Made by a program: the position numbers and the translations under genes. A stretch of 63,822 nucleotides of DNA, the filler included, from Octopus bimaculoides (Eukaryota): NCBI RefSeq assembly GCF_001194135.2. It is 6 parts of 5 records of this genome, joined end to end, with 100 filler letters (N's around TTAATTAATTAA, not from the genome) between each part and the next. Parts side by side here need not be neighbours in the genome. Positions count along the whole stretch, not along the records: positions 61,035 to 63,822 come from NC_068988.1; 5 more parts are not named here. One strand, 5' to 3'. Below, piece after piece: positions 63,750-63,822 of this stretch (position 1 is the stretch's first letter; each line of letters opens with the position of its first letter). The notes under the pieces were generated by a model. The model was not told where the DNA came from, did no database searches, and saw nothing but the letters and a program-made list of their open reading frames with translations.

Positions 63750-63822
<73 letters not shown>

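Noticed and set aside
1-63822. CRISPR arrays, rRNA, prokaryotic operons
   Set aside because: No repeat-spacer arrays, rRNA-like sequence or gene-dense segments were seen. The window is eukaryotic repeat-rich DNA.

Overview
AT-rich, repeat-dense eukaryotic genomic DNA from a gapped draft assembly. The SINE families and microsatellite load look like an octopod cephalopod; this is my recognition and was not verified by a search. Most of the window is transposon debris: the 3' end of a young-looking Ty3/Gypsy element (integrase, PPT, 3' LTR), RTE and CR1/L2-type LINE fragments, a Penelope-like RT, three mariner copies, a piggyBac relic, hAT and Tc1/mariner MITEs, and many tRNA-derived SINEs. The main non-repeat feature is a minus-strand M4 (thermolysin/vibriolysin/pseudolysin-type) zinc metalloprotease at 51125-52914. 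It is a bacterial-type protein family but has host-like base composition, a spliceosomal acceptor in the signal peptide and an AATAAA signal, so it is a candidate domesticated horizontal transfer. Other notable items are a type I hammerhead ribozyme fold with a very long stem II (40767-40895), a near-perfect U6 snRNA copy fused directly to a SINE head (60569-60934), and a poly-Gln exon with a perfect donor site (12567-12726). Many long ORFs in the supplied track are artefacts of N-gaps or microsatellites.
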